From assembly GCA_041941765.1 (NCBI GenBank), contig CP145869.1, positions 180,001 through 212,000 of the forward strand: 32,000 nucleotides of DNA. Direction: 5' to 3'. Shown one piece after another: positions 28,311-32,000 of this stretch. Each line of letters starts with the position of its first letter. The stretch's first letter is position 1. Made by a program: the position numbers and the translations under genes. The notes under the pieces were generated by a model. The model was not told the origin of the DNA and did not search any database. It saw only the letters and a program-made list of their open reading frames with translations. Source of the stretch: Candidatus Saccharimonadota bacterium. GTDB lineage: Bacteria > Pseudomonadota > Gammaproteobacteria > Enterobacterales > Enterobacteriaceae.

Positions 28311-29411
28311 ATGCAATTAATTATTCAACGCGAAAGTTTACTCCAACCTTTACAAAAAATAAGTAGGATTCTCAATCATAAACCATTATTACCTATTGTT
28401 AATAATGTTCTTCTGAAAATAACTAACAATAAATTATGTTTAACTGTAACGAATTTAGAAATAGAAATTTTTACTCATATTCTTTTAACTGAACAACATA
28501 CCATTGGTACTAGTACGGTGTCAGCTAAAAAATTATTAGATATTTGTCGATATTTACCTGAAAAAGCTAATATAAATATTTCTTTAATAAATAATAGAAT
28601 TTTTCTTTCTTCAGGACGTAGTAAATTTTATCTTTCGACATTACCAGTAAAGAGTTTTCCCACTTTGGAAGATTGGAATACCAAAATAGAATTTTCTATT
28701 CAAGCGAATATAATGAAACATCTTATTGAAGCAACTCATTTTTGTATGTCATATCAAGATATTAGGTATTATCTAAATGGTTTATTATTAGAGATTAAAG
28801 ATAATTTTTTATATAGTGTAGCTACTGATGGACACCGAATAGCTATTTGTAAAATGGAAATAATTAAAATTCTACCTAAATCTTCAGTAATTTTGCCACG
28901 TAAATTTATCATAGAATTATTACGTTTACTTAAAGAAGATGACTCTTTACTTAAAATCCAAATTGGAACAAATAATATTCGAATACATATAAAAGATTAT
29001 ATTTTTACTTCAAGATTAATTGATGGAACATTTCCAAATTATAGCCATATATTACATAAAAATTATGATAAAATTATTGTAATTAATCGTGAAATATTAA
29101 AACAATCCTTTTTAAGAATATCTATTTTATGTAATTATACATTAAATGAAGTTCATCTTTATATTACCAAAAATGAATTAAAAATCATCACTAGTAATTT
29201 ATCCCAGGAAGAAGGTGAAGAAAAATTACCTATTTCTTATGAAGGTGATGATATAAGAATTAATTTAAATATCAATTATATACTTGACGTTTTATCTGTC
29301 TTAAAATGTGATACAATTAAAATTTCATTATTAGACTCAATGTCTAGCATTCAAATTAATGATATTGATAATGATTCTACAATTTATGTAATAATGCCCA
29401 TGAAGTTCTAA
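28311..29411 (+). CDS. dnaN: DNA polymerase III beta sliding clamp
   Basis: 366 aa, the same length as E. coli. MQLIIQRESLLQPLQKIS compares with MKFTVEREHLLKPLQQVS; ATDGHRIA and a C-terminal ...VIMPMKF are present. Confidence 0.95.
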   Translation: MQLIIQRESLLQPLQKISRILNHKPLLPIVNNVLLKITNNKLCLTVTNLEIEIFTHILLTEQHTIGTSTVSAKKLLDICRYLPEKANINISLINNRIFLSSGRSKFYLSTLPVKSFPTLEDWNTKIEFSIQANIMKHLIEATHFCMSYQDIRYYLNGLLLEIKDNFLYSVATDGHRIAICKMEIIKILPKSSVILPRKFIIELLRLLKEDDSLLKIQIGTNNIRIHIKDYIFTSRLIDGTFPNYSHILHKNYDKIIVINREILKQSFLRISILCNYTLNEVHLYITKNELKIITSNLSQEEGEEKLPISYEGDDIRINLNINYILDVLSVLKCDTIKISLLDSMSSIQINDIDNDSTIYVIMPMKF

Positions 29412-29468
29412 TTAAGATTTAATTTGGTCCACAAGAAAGAATATTTTTTCTACTCAAAAACCAAATAA

Positions 29469-31892
<2,424 letters not shown>

Positions 31893-31898
31893 ATTATT

Positions 31899-32000
<102 letters not shown>

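Overview
This is a very AT-rich window (hand counts give roughly 25-30% G+C in genes and less between them). It is densely packed and looks like a reduced genome of an Enterobacterales-derived obligate insect endosymbiont. The missing dnaA recalls Blochmannia- or Wigglesworthia-type lineages, but I cannot assign the organism without a database search. Nearly every gene is a recognisable E. coli housekeeping ortholog. In order: pepA (5' partial), valS, gapA, sppA, mutH, ygdQ, [pilus operon], hflC, hflK, miaA, mutL, tRNA-Gly(GCC), orn, efp, dxs, ispA, xseB, mnmE, yidC, yidD, rnpA, rpmH (missing from the ORF track), dnaN, gyrB, and the 3' end of lysS (also missing from the track). Twenty consecutive genes (9098-28138) lie on the minus strand. 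The one non-housekeeping element is an apparently intact five-gene Csu-type (archaic/sigma class, SCPU-pilin) chaperone-usher pilus operon at 9098-14447. It sits at a synteny junction and has no mobile-element hallmarks. It is the strongest candidate for an interesting system, given how much else has been deleted around conserved anchors: dnaA and recF, hfq and hflX, holC, and amiB/tsaE/nnr/queG. Secondary observations: (1) the usher's signal peptide has no canonical in-frame start codon; (2) a strong Shine-Dalgarno plus a 14-codon sORF in the 567-bp spacer upstream of mutL resembles the AmiB signal peptide; (3) there are many A/T homopolymers of 9 nt or more inside intact genes; (4) convergent genes abut or overlap with no room for terminators. 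I saw no rRNA, CRISPR array, IS element or integrase. All calls rest on reading the translations against remembered protein families; no searches were run.
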